Numbered from the stretch's first letter, positions 1-10,632 are shown. The stretch: DNA of 64,000 nucleotides from Thermodesulfobacteriota bacterium (GCA_965223335.1 OZ244991.1:128001-192000); one strand, 5' to 3'. Translations and numbers: made by a program. The notes: generated from the letters alone by a model not told the origin.

Positions 1-1019
1 CGCACGGGGCCTTCGGGGCACTCGCATTCGGAATCGGCACAAGCGAGGTAGAACACGTGTTGGCTACCCAGTGCCTAAGACAAAACCGCCCAAAGGTCTT
101 TGAGATTAAGGTCGATGGAAAGCGCGGCTATGGTGTAACAGCAAAAGACATCATACTCAGCATCATAGGCCATATCGGTACAGCCGGTGCCACAGGTACC
201 GTGATTGAGTACAGGGGCGAGGCCATCGAGACACTCTCTATGGAAGAGAGGATGACCATATGCAATATGTCTATCGAGGGAGGGGCAAGGGCTGGGATGA
301 TAGCTCCGGACCAAAAGACCTTCGATTATATAAAGGGACGTCGGTACGCGCCATCGGGCACAGAATTCGATGAAGCAGTCGAGTACTGGAAAACACTAAA
401 GACCGACCCGGGGGCCGAGTTCGATAAAAGCATCACACTCGACGCCGCCGCAATGGCGCCACAGGTTAGCTGGGGTACCAACCCGGGGATGGTAGCGGAT
501 ATAACCTCTCGTATTCCCGACCCTGCCTCTTACAAAGACGAAAACAGCCGCAAGGCTGTGAAACAAGCGCTCGAGTACATGGGGCTTCAGGCCGGGCAAA
601 AGATAGAGGATATAAAAATCGACCGTGTATTCATAGGCTCCTGCACCAACTCCAGGATAGAAGACCTTACAAAAGCGGCACGAATTGTTAAGGGCAATAA
701 AGTATCGAACCATGTGCGTGCCATGGTTGTCCCAGGCTCACAGAATATAAAACGCCAAGCTGAGAAGCTCGGTCTCGATAAAGTATTTACAGATGCAGGG
801 TTCGAGTGGAGAGAATCGGGCTGCAGCATGTGCTTGGGTATGAACCCCGATATTCTTGAGCCCGGCGAGAGGTGTGCCAGCACCTCAAACCGCAACTTTG
901 AGGGCCGTCAGGGTAAAGGCGGGCGCACCCACCTGGTTAGCCCCGAGATGGCCGCAGCCGCAGCACTAAAGGGCCACTTCACCGACATAAGAGAGTGGGA
1001 CTTGGACAAAGAATTATAA
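1..1019 (+). CDS. leuC: 3-isopropylmalate dehydratase large subunit (5'-truncated by window)
   Basis: Frame is open from position 3 ([23 protein letters not shown]). Aconitase-family motifs [20 protein letters not shown] and [12 protein letters not shown]; followed by leuD. Confidence 0.97.
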   Translation, partial: HGAFGALAFGIGTSEVEHVLATQCLRQNRPKVFEIKVDGKRGYGVTAKDIILSIIGHIGTAGATGTVIEYRGEAIETLSMEERMTICNMSIEGGARAGMIAPDQKTFDYIKGRRYAPSGTEFDEAVEYWKTLKTDPGAEFDKSITLDAAAMAPQVSWGTNPGMVADITSRIPDPASYKDENSRKAVKQALEYMGLQAGQKIEDIKIDRVFIGSCTNSRIEDLTKAARIVKGNKVSNHVRAMVVPGSQNIKRQAEKLGLDKVFTDAGFEWRESGCSMCLGMNPDILEPGERCASTSNRNFEGRQGKGGRTHLVSPEMAAAAALKGHFTDIREWDLDKEL

Positions 1020-1032
1020 ATAGGAGACAGAT

Positions 1033-1626
1033 ATGGAACCGCTTAGAATAGTAGACGGGATATTAGCACCACTGGACAGGATGAATGTAGACACCGACCA
1101 AATAATCCCCAAACAGTTTTTAAAGAGGATCGAGAGGACGGGGTTCGGAGAGTTCCTGTTCTTTGATTGGCGCTACAATGAAGACGGCACCATAAACGAG
1201 GAATTTGAGTTAAACCACGAGCATCACCAAGGGGCCAGAATACTTGTTTCCCGTCACAATTTCGGCAGCGGCAGCTCACGAGAACACGCTCCTTGGGCAC
1301 TTCATGAGTACGGGTTTAAGGTTATTATCGCCCCGTCGTTCGCAGATATTTTTTACAACAACTGCTTTAAAAACGGGATGCTCCCAATCATACTCCCCGA
1401 AGACACGGTCGATGAGCTATTTAAGAGAGTCTATTCCACCAAAGGGTATTGGCTAGAGGTAAACCTGGAAGATCAGACCATAAGCGGAGAGGACGGTTTT
1501 AAGGCGAGCTTCGATGTAGACGAGTTTAGAAAAAAATGCCTGTTAGAGGGCCTGGACGACATCGCTCTCTCACTACAGCACGAAGACGCAATCGAGAATT
1601 ACGAACAGACCACTAAACGGTATTAA
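1033..1626 (+). CDS. leuD: 3-isopropylmalate dehydratase small subunit
   Basis: [44 protein letters not shown] upstream. Confidence 0.97.
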   Translation: MEPLRIVDGILAPLDRMNVDTDQIIPKQFLKRIERTGFGEFLFFDWRYNEDGTINEEFELNHEHHQGARILVSRHNFGSGSSREHAPWALHEYGFKVIIAPSFADIFYNNCFKNGMLPIILPEDTVDELFKRVYSTKGYWLEVNLEDQTISGEDGFKASFDVDEFRKKCLLEGLDDIALSLQHEDAIENYEQTTKRY

Positions 1627-1773
1627 ACTGTCCTATACAATAATCCCTCTCGGCAATTTCAGTGCTGAACACCCATCTAATGCTACATACCGACAGGTAT
1701 AGCGCACTATACAAGATATAAATCCAATCACCCCTATCTACTCTAACTAATTAGTTTTATCCCCATCAACAAA

Positions 1774-1789
1774 CGGCACGATAATTGCA
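1774..1789 (+). promoter_or_regulatory. sigma54 (-24/-12) site upstream of rpoN
   Basis: CGGCACGATAATTGCA: GG-N10-GC, near-perfect match to TGGCACG-N4-TTGCW. Confidence 0.75.
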
Positions 1790-1798
1790 CTAGCATTT

Positions 1799-1827
1799 TA
1801 GACAAATAGGCTTTATGATTGTAATAT
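1799..1827 (+). promoter_or_regulatory. candidate sigma70 promoter for the rpoN operon
   Basis: TAGACA-N17-TAATAT in an AT-rich intergenic region. Confidence 0.4.
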
Positions 1828-1880
1828 ATATATAACGAGCTTAGAGTTCTGTATGGATATTGGAGTGCAAAGGAAATGTA

Positions 1881-3389
1881 ATGAGCAGCCCCCAATTAGG
1901 ACAGATAACATCTCAAAAGCAGGTATTACAACAGCGCCTAATACTCACTCAGGAGCTGCAGCTTTTTCTAAAACTCATCCAGATGACCACTCTTGAATTA
2001 AAAGACTATCTGGAAGAGCAGCTCATCGAAAACCCCACCCTAGAAGAATCAGAAGAACGCACTGACTCTGACAGCTCAGACGATATCGATCTATCCAAGA
2101 TCGCCGAGCAAAACGGCATCGGGGACGATAACGGGGACATGCCTCATTACTCGTCATCCCGCGAACTCATAGACAACTCCGAGGACGATAACCTCTGGGA
2201 AAACCGAGTAACATCGGCAGAAACACTCATTGACCACCTGCGTTGGCAGCTAAAGATCTCGGACCTGACAGAACAAGAAAAATCTATTGCAAATATTATA
2301 GTGGGCAACACCAATGAAGACGGCTACTTGGAGTCGGATATCCACGACATAGCACAACAAGTGATCATGGAGACTCTGGAGAGGACCAATGCCGAGATAA
2401 ACGGTAATTCTATAGAGGTTGACGACAACACACTCTCTCGGATAAATACCGTATTACATAGGCTGCAAACCACGTTAGACCCCTTGGCAGTATGTTCCAG
2501 GGACCTAAAAGAGTGCCTTATGATACAGGCCGTAGACCTCGGCTACAGTGAAGACACCACGGTTTATAGGCTTATAAACGATCATCTCGACAGCATCTGT
2601 GACAACGAGCACGATGAATTAGCTGCGCTTTTAGGCACTAATATAGAGGACATAAGTGAATCCCTCGCAGTCATCTCTTCATTGGAGCCCAAACCGGGCA
2701 GACCGTTTTTCAAAAAAGATTCAGAGAGATACATTGTCCCCGACTTCTATGTATTTAAAGTCGGAAACGAGTTCCAGGTCCAACTTAACCGCGAATTCCC
2801 CCGGGTACGCATTAGCAACTACTACAGAAATCTGATCAAAAAAGAAAAGACACTCCCGCCCGAGGCCAAAGTATTTATAAAAGAGAAACTAGAAGCAGCG
2901 CAAAGGATACTTAAATGCCTAGAGGAGCGCGAGGCTGCAGTTAAAAAAATCATCTCTAAAATCGTAGAGGTACAAAAAGACTTTTTTGAGCACGGCCGCA
3001 ACTACATAAAACCGCTTATTCTTAAAGACATAGCAGACGAAGTTGGAGTACACGAATCCACAGTAAGCCGCATAACGAGCAGAAGATACATTCAGACGCC
3101 CCAGGGCACAATTGAGCTGAAGTCCTTGTTTTCAAGAAAAATTGAGACCTCTCATGGCAAAGAGATGTCATTTGAGAGAGTAAAATCGATAATAAAAGAG
3201 ATCGTATCCGGTGAAATGCCCCAAAGCCCCTATTCGGATGAAGATATATCCAAGATATTGGAGCGAAGAAACATTAAGGTAGCGCGACGCACTGTTGCAA
3301 AATACAGAAAAATACTTAAAATACCTTCTTCTTCAGCTAGAGCTAAACAGAAAAGGGGTATGAAGAATGACGATAACAGTAACCACTAG
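1881..3389 (+). CDS. rpoN: RNA polymerase sigma-54 factor
   Basis: Gln/Leu-rich region I, HESTVSR helix-turn-helix, RpoN box ARRTVAKYR. ATG at 1881 (AGGA upstream) preferred over TTG at 1860. Confidence 0.97.
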   Translation: MSSPQLGQITSQKQVLQQRLILTQELQLFLKLIQMTTLELKDYLEEQLIENPTLEESEERTDSDSSDDIDLSKIAEQNGIGDDNGDMPHYSSSRELIDNSEDDNLWENRVTSAETLIDHLRWQLKISDLTEQEKSIANIIVGNTNEDGYLESDIHDIAQQVIMETLERTNAEINGNSIEVDDNTLSRINTVLHRLQTTLDPLAVCSRDLKECLMIQAVDLGYSEDTTVYRLINDHLDSICDNEHDELAALLGTNIEDISESLAVISSLEPKPGRPFFKKDSERYIVPDFYVFKVGNEFQVQLNREFPRVRISNYYRNLIKKEKTLPPEAKVFIKEKLEAAQRILKCLEEREAAVKKIISKIVEVQKDFFEHGRNYIKPLILKDIADEVGVHESTVSRITSRRYIQTPQGTIELKSLFSRKIETSHGKEMSFERVKSIIKEIVSGEMPQSPYSDEDISKILERRNIKVARRTVAKYRKILKIPSSSARAKQKRGMKNDDNSNH

Positions 3390-3921
3390 ACATATTAGCG
3401 ACAGAAAAAAAGCCGAGGAATTAAAAGCATACGCACTCAAGAAAACAAAAAGGATCGAACGTTACACCAAAGCACACCGCGGCCCCTCGGACCTAAAATT
3501 CATACTCACCTCAGAGAAGTACAGATATATCGTAGAGATAACTATTAACTCAGGCCCCCTTAAGGTTACAAACAAAGTAGAGACCGACGACATGCACACA
3601 GCAATCGACAGCGCTGTGGATAGCGTTATAAGACAGTTAAAAAAAGAGTCTCAGAAGATGATCAAATCCAAAAGACGCGTCGGTGCCAAGTCCAAAGAAG
3701 AGAGCTCTATGACACGTGCAATGGCCACCGAAACTCCAAAAAGTGCCGCACAAAAAATTACACGAAGAAAACTGCCTTCAAAACCTATGTCCACTGAAGA
3801 GGCAACACTTCAACTCGACCTCTCAGATAACGGTTTTGTAACATACATTGACAGTGAGACCGGGAACCAAAACATCGTATTTCGTGACAAACGAGGCAAA
3901 ATAATACTAATCGAACCCTAG
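3367..3921 (+). CDS. hpf: ribosome hibernation promoting factor (long HPF)
   Basis: MTITVTTRH... start, DMHTAIDSAVD, C-terminal KPMSTEEATLQL domain; directly after rpoN. Confidence 0.88.
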   Translation: MTITVTTRHISDRKKAEELKAYALKKTKRIERYTKAHRGPSDLKFILTSEKYRYIVEITINSGPLKVTNKVETDDMHTAIDSAVDSVIRQLKKESQKMIKSKRRVGAKSKEESSMTRAMATETPKSAAQKITRRKLPSKPMSTEEATLQLDLSDNGFVTYIDSETGNQNIVFRDKRGKIILIEP

Positions 3922-3938
3922 CACGACAACCTGTTGAT

Positions 3939-4400
3939 ATGAAACTAGCCGATGTCTTAAGCAAGCAGGATATCCTCCCACACCTACTATCTACCAATAA
4001 ACAGGACCTGATCACAGAGCTTGTTACAAAACTCGCAACAACCTATACCAACATTAACAAAGAGCAGTTAATAGAGAGCTTATTGGCAAGGGAGGCAATG
4101 TGCAGCACAGCGGTTGACCACGGGGTTGCAATCCCGCATGCAAGGATTCAGGGGCTGGCCGAGATAATAGCTGTGTTCGGAAGGAGTGTAGAAGGTGTGG
4201 ATTTCGAATCGCTTGACGGCAAACCCACACATCTTTTTGTTCTGGTTCTAGCCCCCGAAGGCTCTGACAGTGCATATATCAACATACTGGCTCGTATCTC
4301 AAAGATATTCCGAAACGAGGAGCTAAGAGGGGCTTTGATGCAAAACACAAACCCTGAAGATATTTACGACACTATTATCAGTGAAGATGCAAAAATCTAA
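3939..4400 (+). CDS. ptsN: PTS IIA(Ntr)-type protein
   Basis: LLARE...STAV..GVAIPHAR phospho-His motif, GVDFESLDGKP; rpoN operon context. Confidence 0.9.
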   Translation: MKLADVLSKQDILPHLLSTNKQDLITELVTKLATTYTNINKEQLIESLLAREAMCSTAVDHGVAIPHARIQGLAEIIAVFGRSVEGVDFESLDGKPTHLFVLVLAPEGSDSAYINILARISKIFRNEELRGALMQNTNPEDIYDTIISEDAKI

Positions 4401-5349
4401 AAAATCTCTTATCAATCTGGATGTCGATGAGCTAAATAGAGCTTGGTCAGTGGAGCTTGAGCTCGAGCTCATAGCCGGTCACAAGGGGCTCCAGAGAGCG
4501 ATCAATCAAAACAGGGTCCAGAAACCGGGACTAAGGTTAATTGACACTCAGATACAGCTTGAATCAGGCAAGATACAGATACTCGGGAGGACCGAAATAT
4601 CGTATTTCGACAAGCTTAGCACCGAAGAAAAACACAGGGTCCGCGAAAGCCTCTCCTCACAGAACGTCCCCTGCTTTATTGTCACAAAGGGGCTCGTGCC
4701 CCATGAGCTATTCGCGAGCGCCTGCGATGAAAAGAATATCCCGATATTTAGGACAGAACTAAACACAGGCAAGATCATATCCATGCTAAACTCGCTTTTA
4801 GATGAGCATTTCGCACCATTTATAACAGTGCACGGGGTGCTCATGGACATACACCGGCTAGGGGTGTTAATACTGGGTCAAAGCGGGATAGGCAAGAGCG
4901 AGTGCGCACTTGACTTAATATTGAGGGGTTCTAAACTCATTGCAGATGATATCGTAGAGATACGCAGAGTCGGCGCCGATAAGTTAGTGGGCACAGGGCC
5001 CAAGCAAATCAAACACTTGATGGAGATTCGCGGCGTTGGTATCATTAACATTAAAGATCTTTACGGCACCGCATCTGTACTAAACTCGCGCGCGATCGAC
5101 CTGGTCATGGAGCTATCGGAATGGGACCCGGATGTGGAGTACGACCGTCTGGGCATAGACGAAAACAGCTATAAAATTCTAGACGTTGACGTGCCTTTTT
5201 TAATTGTCCCTGTAAGTCCCGGGCGCAATATGGCTACTATTGTAGAGGTAGCTGTACGTAACGAATTACTTAAAAAGAGCGGGGTCCATACTGCGGAAAA
5301 GCTATACAAAGAACAGATTGACAGTATTAAAAACAAACAAGATCTATGA
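4381..5349 (+). CDS. hprK: HPr(Ser) kinase/phosphorylase
   Basis: VHGVLMD, Walker A GQSGIGKSE, LIADD, MEIRGVGII, YDRLG, PVSPGRN. Start may be ATG 4387. Confidence 0.95.
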   Translation: MKMQKSKKSLINLDVDELNRAWSVELELELIAGHKGLQRAINQNRVQKPGLRLIDTQIQLESGKIQILGRTEISYFDKLSTEEKHRVRESLSSQNVPCFIVTKGLVPHELFASACDEKNIPIFRTELNTGKIISMLNSLLDEHFAPFITVHGVLMDIHRLGVLILGQSGIGKSECALDLILRGSKLIADDIVEIRRVGADKLVGTGPKQIKHLMEIRGVGIINIKDLYGTASVLNSRAIDLVMELSEWDPDVEYDRLGIDENSYKILDVDVPFLIVPVSPGRNMATIVEVAVRNELLKKSGVHTAEKLYKEQIDSIKNKQDL

Positions 5350-6197
5350 ATAGACTTGTAATCATAAGCGGTCTCTCGGGTTCTGGAAAAAGCACTGCTG
5401 TTAAAGCACTCGAAGACCTGGGCTATTATTGTATAGACAACCTGCCGCCGACCTTACTACCTAACTTCATAGAGCTCTGCGAAGACTCGTTTACCGATAT
5501 CAACAAAGTAGCCCTTGTAATAGATATTAGAGAGGGACGGTTTTTAGAACGCGCACCCGAAGTAATAAAACAGCTTAAAGCCAAAGGCCACAACCTAGAC
5601 ATCATATTCCTTGAGTCCACAGACACTGTTCTACTTAAACGCTATAAAGAAACAAGACGAAAACACCCACTATCTGAGGACGGCAACGTGCTCGAAGGCA
5701 TAAAAAAAGAGCGCGAGATGCTGTCCGAGCTCAAGCTGCTTGCAGACTATGACATAGACACATCCGAGTTCACCGTGCATCAACTCCGTGAGGTGGTCCA
5801 AAACAAATTCGATACCCTGTCCTCCCGTAAACTTGCCTTAAACATTCTATCTTTCGGTTATAAACACGGGTTTCCCTACGATGCCGATATTGTATTGGAC
5901 GTTAGGTTTTTGCCCAACCCCTATTTCGACGACGGACTAAAACACCTAAGCGGGAGGGACAAAGACGTAGAGGATTACATAATGAGCCATAGCGATACTC
6001 AAGTATTCATGGACAAACTGATTGATTTTCTCGAGTTTTTGGTGCCCAAGTATGAGGAAGAGGGCAAATCGTATTTAACCATCGGCATAGGCTGTACCGG
6101 GGGCAAGCACAGGTCCGTTGTTATAGCATCCAGGCTAAAAGAGGTGTTTAAGGGTTACGACCCCACAGTGCAACATAGAGACATAGAAAAAAAATAA
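5346..6197 (+). CDS. rapZ: RNase adapter RapZ (YvcJ family) P-loop protein
   Basis: GLSGSGKS, IDNLPP, ETRRKHPL, SFGYKHG, DVRFLPNP, IGCTGGKHRSV. Confidence 0.95.
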   Translation: MNRLVIISGLSGSGKSTAVKALEDLGYYCIDNLPPTLLPNFIELCEDSFTDINKVALVIDIREGRFLERAPEVIKQLKAKGHNLDIIFLESTDTVLLKRYKETRRKHPLSEDGNVLEGIKKEREMLSELKLLADYDIDTSEFTVHQLREVVQNKFDTLSSRKLALNILSFGYKHGFPYDADIVLDVRFLPNPYFDDGLKHLSGRDKDVEDYIMSHSDTQVFMDKLIDFLEFLVPKYEEEGKSYLTIGIGCTGGKHRSVVIASRLKEVFKGYDPTVQHRDIEKK

Positions 6198-6212
6198 CGA
6201 GGAGTTTACATT

Positions 6213-6620
6213 ATGGTCGGAATCGTAGTAATCACCCATGGTAAAGTAGCCGAAGAACTAATCTCTGCGGTAAAATTTGTTTTATCATCAAAACCCGCAG
6301 CAAAAATTGTAGGGGTCTCACTCGATCCCGGCGGTGAATTCAACACATTTAAATCCGAGATCGAAAAAGCGATCAAACAGGTAAACCAAGCCGATGGTAC
6401 CCTACTTGTAACAGATATGTTCGGCGGCACCCCGTCCAATATAAGCCTCACCTTCCTCGATAACGATAAGATTGAGGTAATCTCGGGAGTGAACCTCCCC
6501 ATGCTTCTTAAACTCGCCACTGTTGCGGATAAAGTATCGCTAGAGGAGGCTGTTAAAATCGCTGAATCGGCGGGCAGGGATAATATCATAGTGGCCAACA
6601 AGCTGCTTAAAAACAAATAG
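6213..6620 (+). CDS. PTS mannose/fructose-family IIA component
   Basis: VVITHG phospho-His, TDMFGGTPSN, SGVNLPML. Confidence 0.92.
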   Translation: MVGIVVITHGKVAEELISAVKFVLSSKPAAKIVGVSLDPGGEFNTFKSEIEKAIKQVNQADGTLLVTDMFGGTPSNISLTFLDNDKIEVISGVNLPMLLKLATVADKVSLEEAVKIAESAGRDNIIVANKLLKNK

Positions 6621-6731
6621 TTAAATCTTGAGTTTTTGAGGCTCGTATAATTAAAACGGCTATATATTAACTTTGTATAATGTTATGGATAAGTTAGATT
6701 AATATATAATATCCGAATAGAGGTATATGAC

Positions 6732-7055
6732 ATGAAGGAACAAGATGTTGAAAGAATCATAGAAGCATGGAAACAGCACCTTTTGGTTGAACAACTCGAA
6801 GACTACGCATTGGAGATCGATAACTCACTGACCCCAAAAATTGCAGCTATAGCCCTTTTTATGGATTCAAAGACAGTGCGTGCCGCAGGTGAGACAGAAG
6901 ATTTTTATGAAGGCTACAAGCGGGCCGCCTTTGATTTACTTAACATGATAGGTATCGAGATAACCCAAGACGACTACATGAAAGTAATATCAGTGGTCAG
7001 AAAACAATCAGATGAACAAAAACAAGAAGAGCTAAAGAAACACATTTGGGGCTAA
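6732..7055 (+). CDS. hypothetical protein
   Basis: 107-aa ORF with GAGG SD, fills the gap between genes; no family recognised. Confidence 0.7.
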   Translation: MKEQDVERIIEAWKQHLLVEQLEDYALEIDNSLTPKIAAIALFMDSKTVRAAGETEDFYEGYKRAAFDLLNMIGIEITQDDYMKVISVVRKQSDEQKQEELKKHIWG

Positions 7056-7092
7056 AAAACCCATATAACTCGATCCAACTACACCATTTTTC

Positions 7093-7929
7093 ATGAAATT
7101 ATACGACCTATTTGACCTATTTCTAATAGATATGGACGGTGTTGTGTACCTAGGTGACAAGCCCATACCCAACGCTGTCGAAGCAATAAATGAGCTTAGG
7201 GATAAAGGCAAAAAGATAGTGTTCCTTACCAACGATCCCAGAAACACCAGAGTCGAGTACGCGAAACGGCTTACCGACATGGGGATTCATACAGAGCCAC
7301 ACGATATTGTGACCTCGGCGATGGCATTGGCGCAACACATTGAGTCCAACCACACAGATCTGCACAATAAAAAGGTTTATGTAGTGGGCAGCGATAAACT
7401 AAAAAAATCGGTCGAGCGCACAGGGCTTAGACTTGTGACAGGGGAAGAGGCCAAGACCGCGGACTTCGTGGTGTTGGGAGGCCACCCCGACTTTCACTAC
7501 GAAGAGATGAAAATCGCCAACCTGGCCATCCGTAACGGTGCTGAGTTTTATGCTACCAACCGTGACCCCGCGTTCCCCACTCCCGAAGGCCACGTACCCG
7601 CAACAGGTGCAATACTAGCATCTGTCGAGATCGCATCAGGAAAGAGTGCCAAGGTCGCGGGCAAACCCGAATTAATCATGTTCGAGGTCGCCATGCTGGC
7701 CACACAAAACACAGACCGCACACGGGTTGCAGTAATCGGGGACAGGCTTGATACGGACATCTTGGGCGGTATAAACGCCGGTATTAAAACAATTTTATGC
7801 CTCTCGGGCTCAACTCACATAGACGACGTAGAGGGCTCTCAGATTATGCCCGACTTTGTAATAAGCGATCTCGGGGAGCTGTTCAAAGAAGAAGATCTAT
7901 GCACTAGTTCCCGCAGGTTTGAACATTAA
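7093..7929 (+). CDS. HAD-IIA (NagD-like) phosphatase
   Basis: DMDGVV motif I, FLTN, ATNRD, GKP, IGDRLDTDI. Confidence 0.92.
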   Translation: MKLYDLFDLFLIDMDGVVYLGDKPIPNAVEAINELRDKGKKIVFLTNDPRNTRVEYAKRLTDMGIHTEPHDIVTSAMALAQHIESNHTDLHNKKVYVVGSDKLKKSVERTGLRLVTGEEAKTADFVVLGGHPDFHYEEMKIANLAIRNGAEFYATNRDPAFPTPEGHVPATGAILASVEIASGKSAKVAGKPELIMFEVAMLATQNTDRTRVAVIGDRLDTDILGGINAGIKTILCLSGSTHIDDVEGSQIMPDFVISDLGELFKEEDLCTSSRRFEH

Positions 7930-8061
7930 TCCCCCTCTATAAGTAATTCCAATACCAAGCACTCAAGTCTGGTAAACTTATAGCTCGGGTGTTTGTATAT
8001 CACAACATTATTGATCACTAACAAATCCATACAAGCCAAAAGGACACCCGACTAAACAACC

Positions 8062-9012
8062 ATGGACAAAGAGGGCAAACAATCTAACTTATCTACGCCT
8101 CTTACAATGAACAACCGTGCAATCTTGTGGATGACACTGGGGGGATTCTCATTCGCAACTATGGGGGCGCTTACACATGCGCTTGGGAAAGAGTGCGATT
8201 GGTTAATCATTGTGTTCATACGGATGCTGCTCTCTTTCATTTTCACAGTTGCGCTGGCACTGCGATCGCGTGTAAACCCGTTTGTCATGGACCGGCCCCT
8301 GCTTTGGTTCCGCAGTCTCGTGGGCAGCAGTGCTATGATCGCTATGTTCTATGCGCTTACAAACCTTCCAATATCGGACGTCGCGGTCATAACTGAAACA
8401 AGACCGATTTGGGTCGCACTCATAGCAGGGTATATATTGGGCGAATACACGGGCAGGCGGGTGTGGGTATCAATATTGTGTGGGTTTATAGGGGTCGCAC
8501 TCGTAGAACACCCTCACTTACTCAATCAGAACTTTGCAGGGTTTGTAGCACTGTACGGAGCATTCGCCGGGGCAATAGTGATGATATGTCTTCGAGCGCT
8601 TAGGGATTTAGACCCACGAGTGATCGTAACCCACTTTTCCGCTACGGCCTCGGTTGTGGCACTAGTGGCGCTCTTAAGCACACGAGACACAGTAGACACA
8701 GCTATTTTCCATAACCCCAAGATTGTTATTATGCTCTTGGGTATAGGATTATTCGGCACGATAGGACAGCTTACAATGACTAAGGCATTTTCTATGGGAG
8801 AGGCGCCTAGCGTGGCATCGGCGGGATTTATGAGGGTTGGTTTTGCGGCATTTTACGACGTATTAATATGGAAACACGTGTTCTCAGTGCCTACAGTCTT
8901 AGGTATTGCACTAATCTTAGGTTCGATAACCTGGCTTTTTAGTAAAGAGAAATCTCCCCAAGCACAAGAGATGCTGGAAGATAAACCCTGCATTGAGAAT
9001 AAATTAGAGTAG
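8062..9012 (+). CDS. DMT/EamA family transporter
   Basis: About 10 hydrophobic segments in two EamA-like halves (FYALTNLPISDVAVI..PIWVALIA..ILGE). Confidence 0.88.
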   Translation: MDKEGKQSNLSTPLTMNNRAILWMTLGGFSFATMGALTHALGKECDWLIIVFIRMLLSFIFTVALALRSRVNPFVMDRPLLWFRSLVGSSAMIAMFYALTNLPISDVAVITETRPIWVALIAGYILGEYTGRRVWVSILCGFIGVALVEHPHLLNQNFAGFVALYGAFAGAIVMICLRALRDLDPRVIVTHFSATASVVALVALLSTRDTVDTAIFHNPKIVIMLLGIGLFGTIGQLTMTKAFSMGEAPSVASAGFMRVGFAAFYDVLIWKHVFSVPTVLGIALILGSITWLFSKEKSPQAQEMLEDKPCIENKLE

Positions 9013-9024
9013 AAAATGCTAACA

Positions 9025-10077
9025 TTAGTGTTCGTTTTGTGAAGAATCCCAGACTAAACGCCCCTGTTTATCGACATAACCCCATTTCCCGTTCCCAAGC
9101 TCAACTATGGCCAATCCGTTCGAAAAGCTAACCGCGGTGTAATAACGAGGTTCTATAACGATCCACCCCCTCTTATCCAAAAACCCCCATTTGTACCCGG
9201 TTTTAAAACTCGCAAGACCCTCCGAGAAATCCCCCACCTCATCGTACACGGGCTGCACTATCAGCAAGCCCTCTCTGTTAATAAACCCGTATTTCCCGTT
9301 TTTAATAACGGCCGCCGCACCTTCGCTGAAGTGCCTTATTTTATCAAACTTAGTTTTTAGTACAGTTTGCCCCGATTTATCTATAAATAAATATCTACCG
9401 TCCTTCTCCACAGCGGCTAAGCCCTCGGAAAACCCCTCGGCCCACTCAAATATCGGTTCAATTACCAACTCCCCTTTCTTATTAATGAACCCACCCCTAC
9501 CTTCTACTAACACAAGAGCAACTCCATGAGAGAAACTAAATGCCTGGTCGTATCGGGGCTCTATCACCACCTCCCCAGTCTCGTCTATAAACCCCCACCC
9601 CCCGTCCATTTTTACCGATGCGAGCCCCTCGGTAAAAGGCATAGACTTCTCAAACCGCGGCTCTATAATCATCTTGCCTACTTTATTTATATAGCCGTAT
9701 TTCCCATTGATCTTTACCTGAGCCAGGCCCCCTGCAAATTTGTGTGCCTCCTCAAATTTTGGCGATACAACCTCAATGTTCCACTCGTTTATATATCCCC
9801 ATTTGCCATCACGCTTAACCAATGCGCGGCCCTCTGTGAAATCCACTGCCCCATCATACTCAGGCGCAATAGCAATCTGACCCGTTTTATCTATGAACCC
9901 CCATTCGTTATGTATTTCTATTGGGAATAGGTGTGTACCCCCCGTTACAAGCTCACTGCCGCTGGGTGGAGTTGTACATGATAAAACATAGACACATATT
10001 AATAGAGCAAATAAAGCTAATTTGATAGGACATCTAATTATCAAAACCACTCCCCATACGTTTAATTTGTAGAACAT
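9025..10077 (-). CDS. WG-repeat lipoprotein
   Basis: Lipobox VLSC followed by about 8 repeats of (W/Y)G(F/Y)I(D/N)xxGxxVIEPx(Y/F)...FSEGLA. Confidence 0.9.
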   Translation of the reverse strand: MFYKLNVWGVVLIIRCPIKLALFALLICVYVLSCTTPPSGSELVTGGTHLFPIEIHNEWGFIDKTGQIAIAPEYDGAVDFTEGRALVKRDGKWGYINEWNIEVVSPKFEEAHKFAGGLAQVKINGKYGYINKVGKMIIEPRFEKSMPFTEGLASVKMDGGWGFIDETGEVVIEPRYDQAFSFSHGVALVLVEGRGGFINKKGELVIEPIFEWAEGFSEGLAAVEKDGRYLFIDKSGQTVLKTKFDKIRHFSEGAAAVIKNGKYGFINREGLLIVQPVYDEVGDFSEGLASFKTGYKWGFLDKRGWIVIEPRYYTAVSFSNGLAIVELGNGKWGYVDKQGRLVWDSSQNEH

Positions 10078-10185
10078 TATCCGCTGAGAGGAACTAAGAT
10101 GTCAATATTTTATGTATTGGAACAGTAACCCGGTATTTATAACTGGGTGTTAGATCAAGAAATGATCTAATTCAAAGGCGCAATT

Positions 10186-10449
10186 CTACTCGTCAATCAA
10201 TGTAAATACATCCCGGTACTGAGTTCCGTCCTTACACTCATAAACCACATGCAGAGTTATTCGCGAAATATCACTCGCCGGAAACTTAGAGCCCTCGAGA
10301 ATCACACTCTGACCCAGATCGCCTAACTTGTGTTTATCATTTAAAATATCGTGATCCTTTGAATTTAACGACTCTCTACCATTTAAAACAAGTTGAATAC
10401 TAAACGGTTTGTGTGCACTCACAACATCCGAACTATTATCCGAGTACAT
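10186..10449 (-). CDS. hypothetical protein
   Basis: Short ORF; ATG 10449 preceded by a G-rich SD; no family recognised. Confidence 0.55.
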   Translation of the reverse strand: MYSDNSSDVVSAHKPFSIQLVLNGRESLNSKDHDILNDKHKLGDLGQSVILEGSKFPASDISRITLHVVYECKDGTQYRDVFTLIDE

Positions 10450-10632
10450 TGCTTTACCCCCCAATGGTTATGCAATCCAAGGCCTTAATACATATTATAG
10501 TATATTTAAATATTTATATCTACCTCTCGTAAAGTTATTGGCGATATAAATATATAATCTGAACTTTTGTATAATATAAATAGGCCATAGAATATTGATG
10601 GGCATTATGTATTCTGTGGCCTATTATTCTAT

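Noticed and set aside
7970..7985. TGGTAAACTTATAGCT upstream of the EamA gene
   Set aside because: Spacing is right but both elements are degenerate (no TTGC); too weak to call.
9025..10077. Periodic sequence suggestive of a CRISPR-like array
   Set aside because: The periodicity comes from protein-level WG repeats in one ORF; there are no identical nucleotide repeats with spacers.
10471..10485. sigma54-like AGGCCTTGGATTGCA (minus strand) upstream of the 10449 ORF
   Set aside because: GG-GC spacing is 9 nt; sigma54 requires 10.
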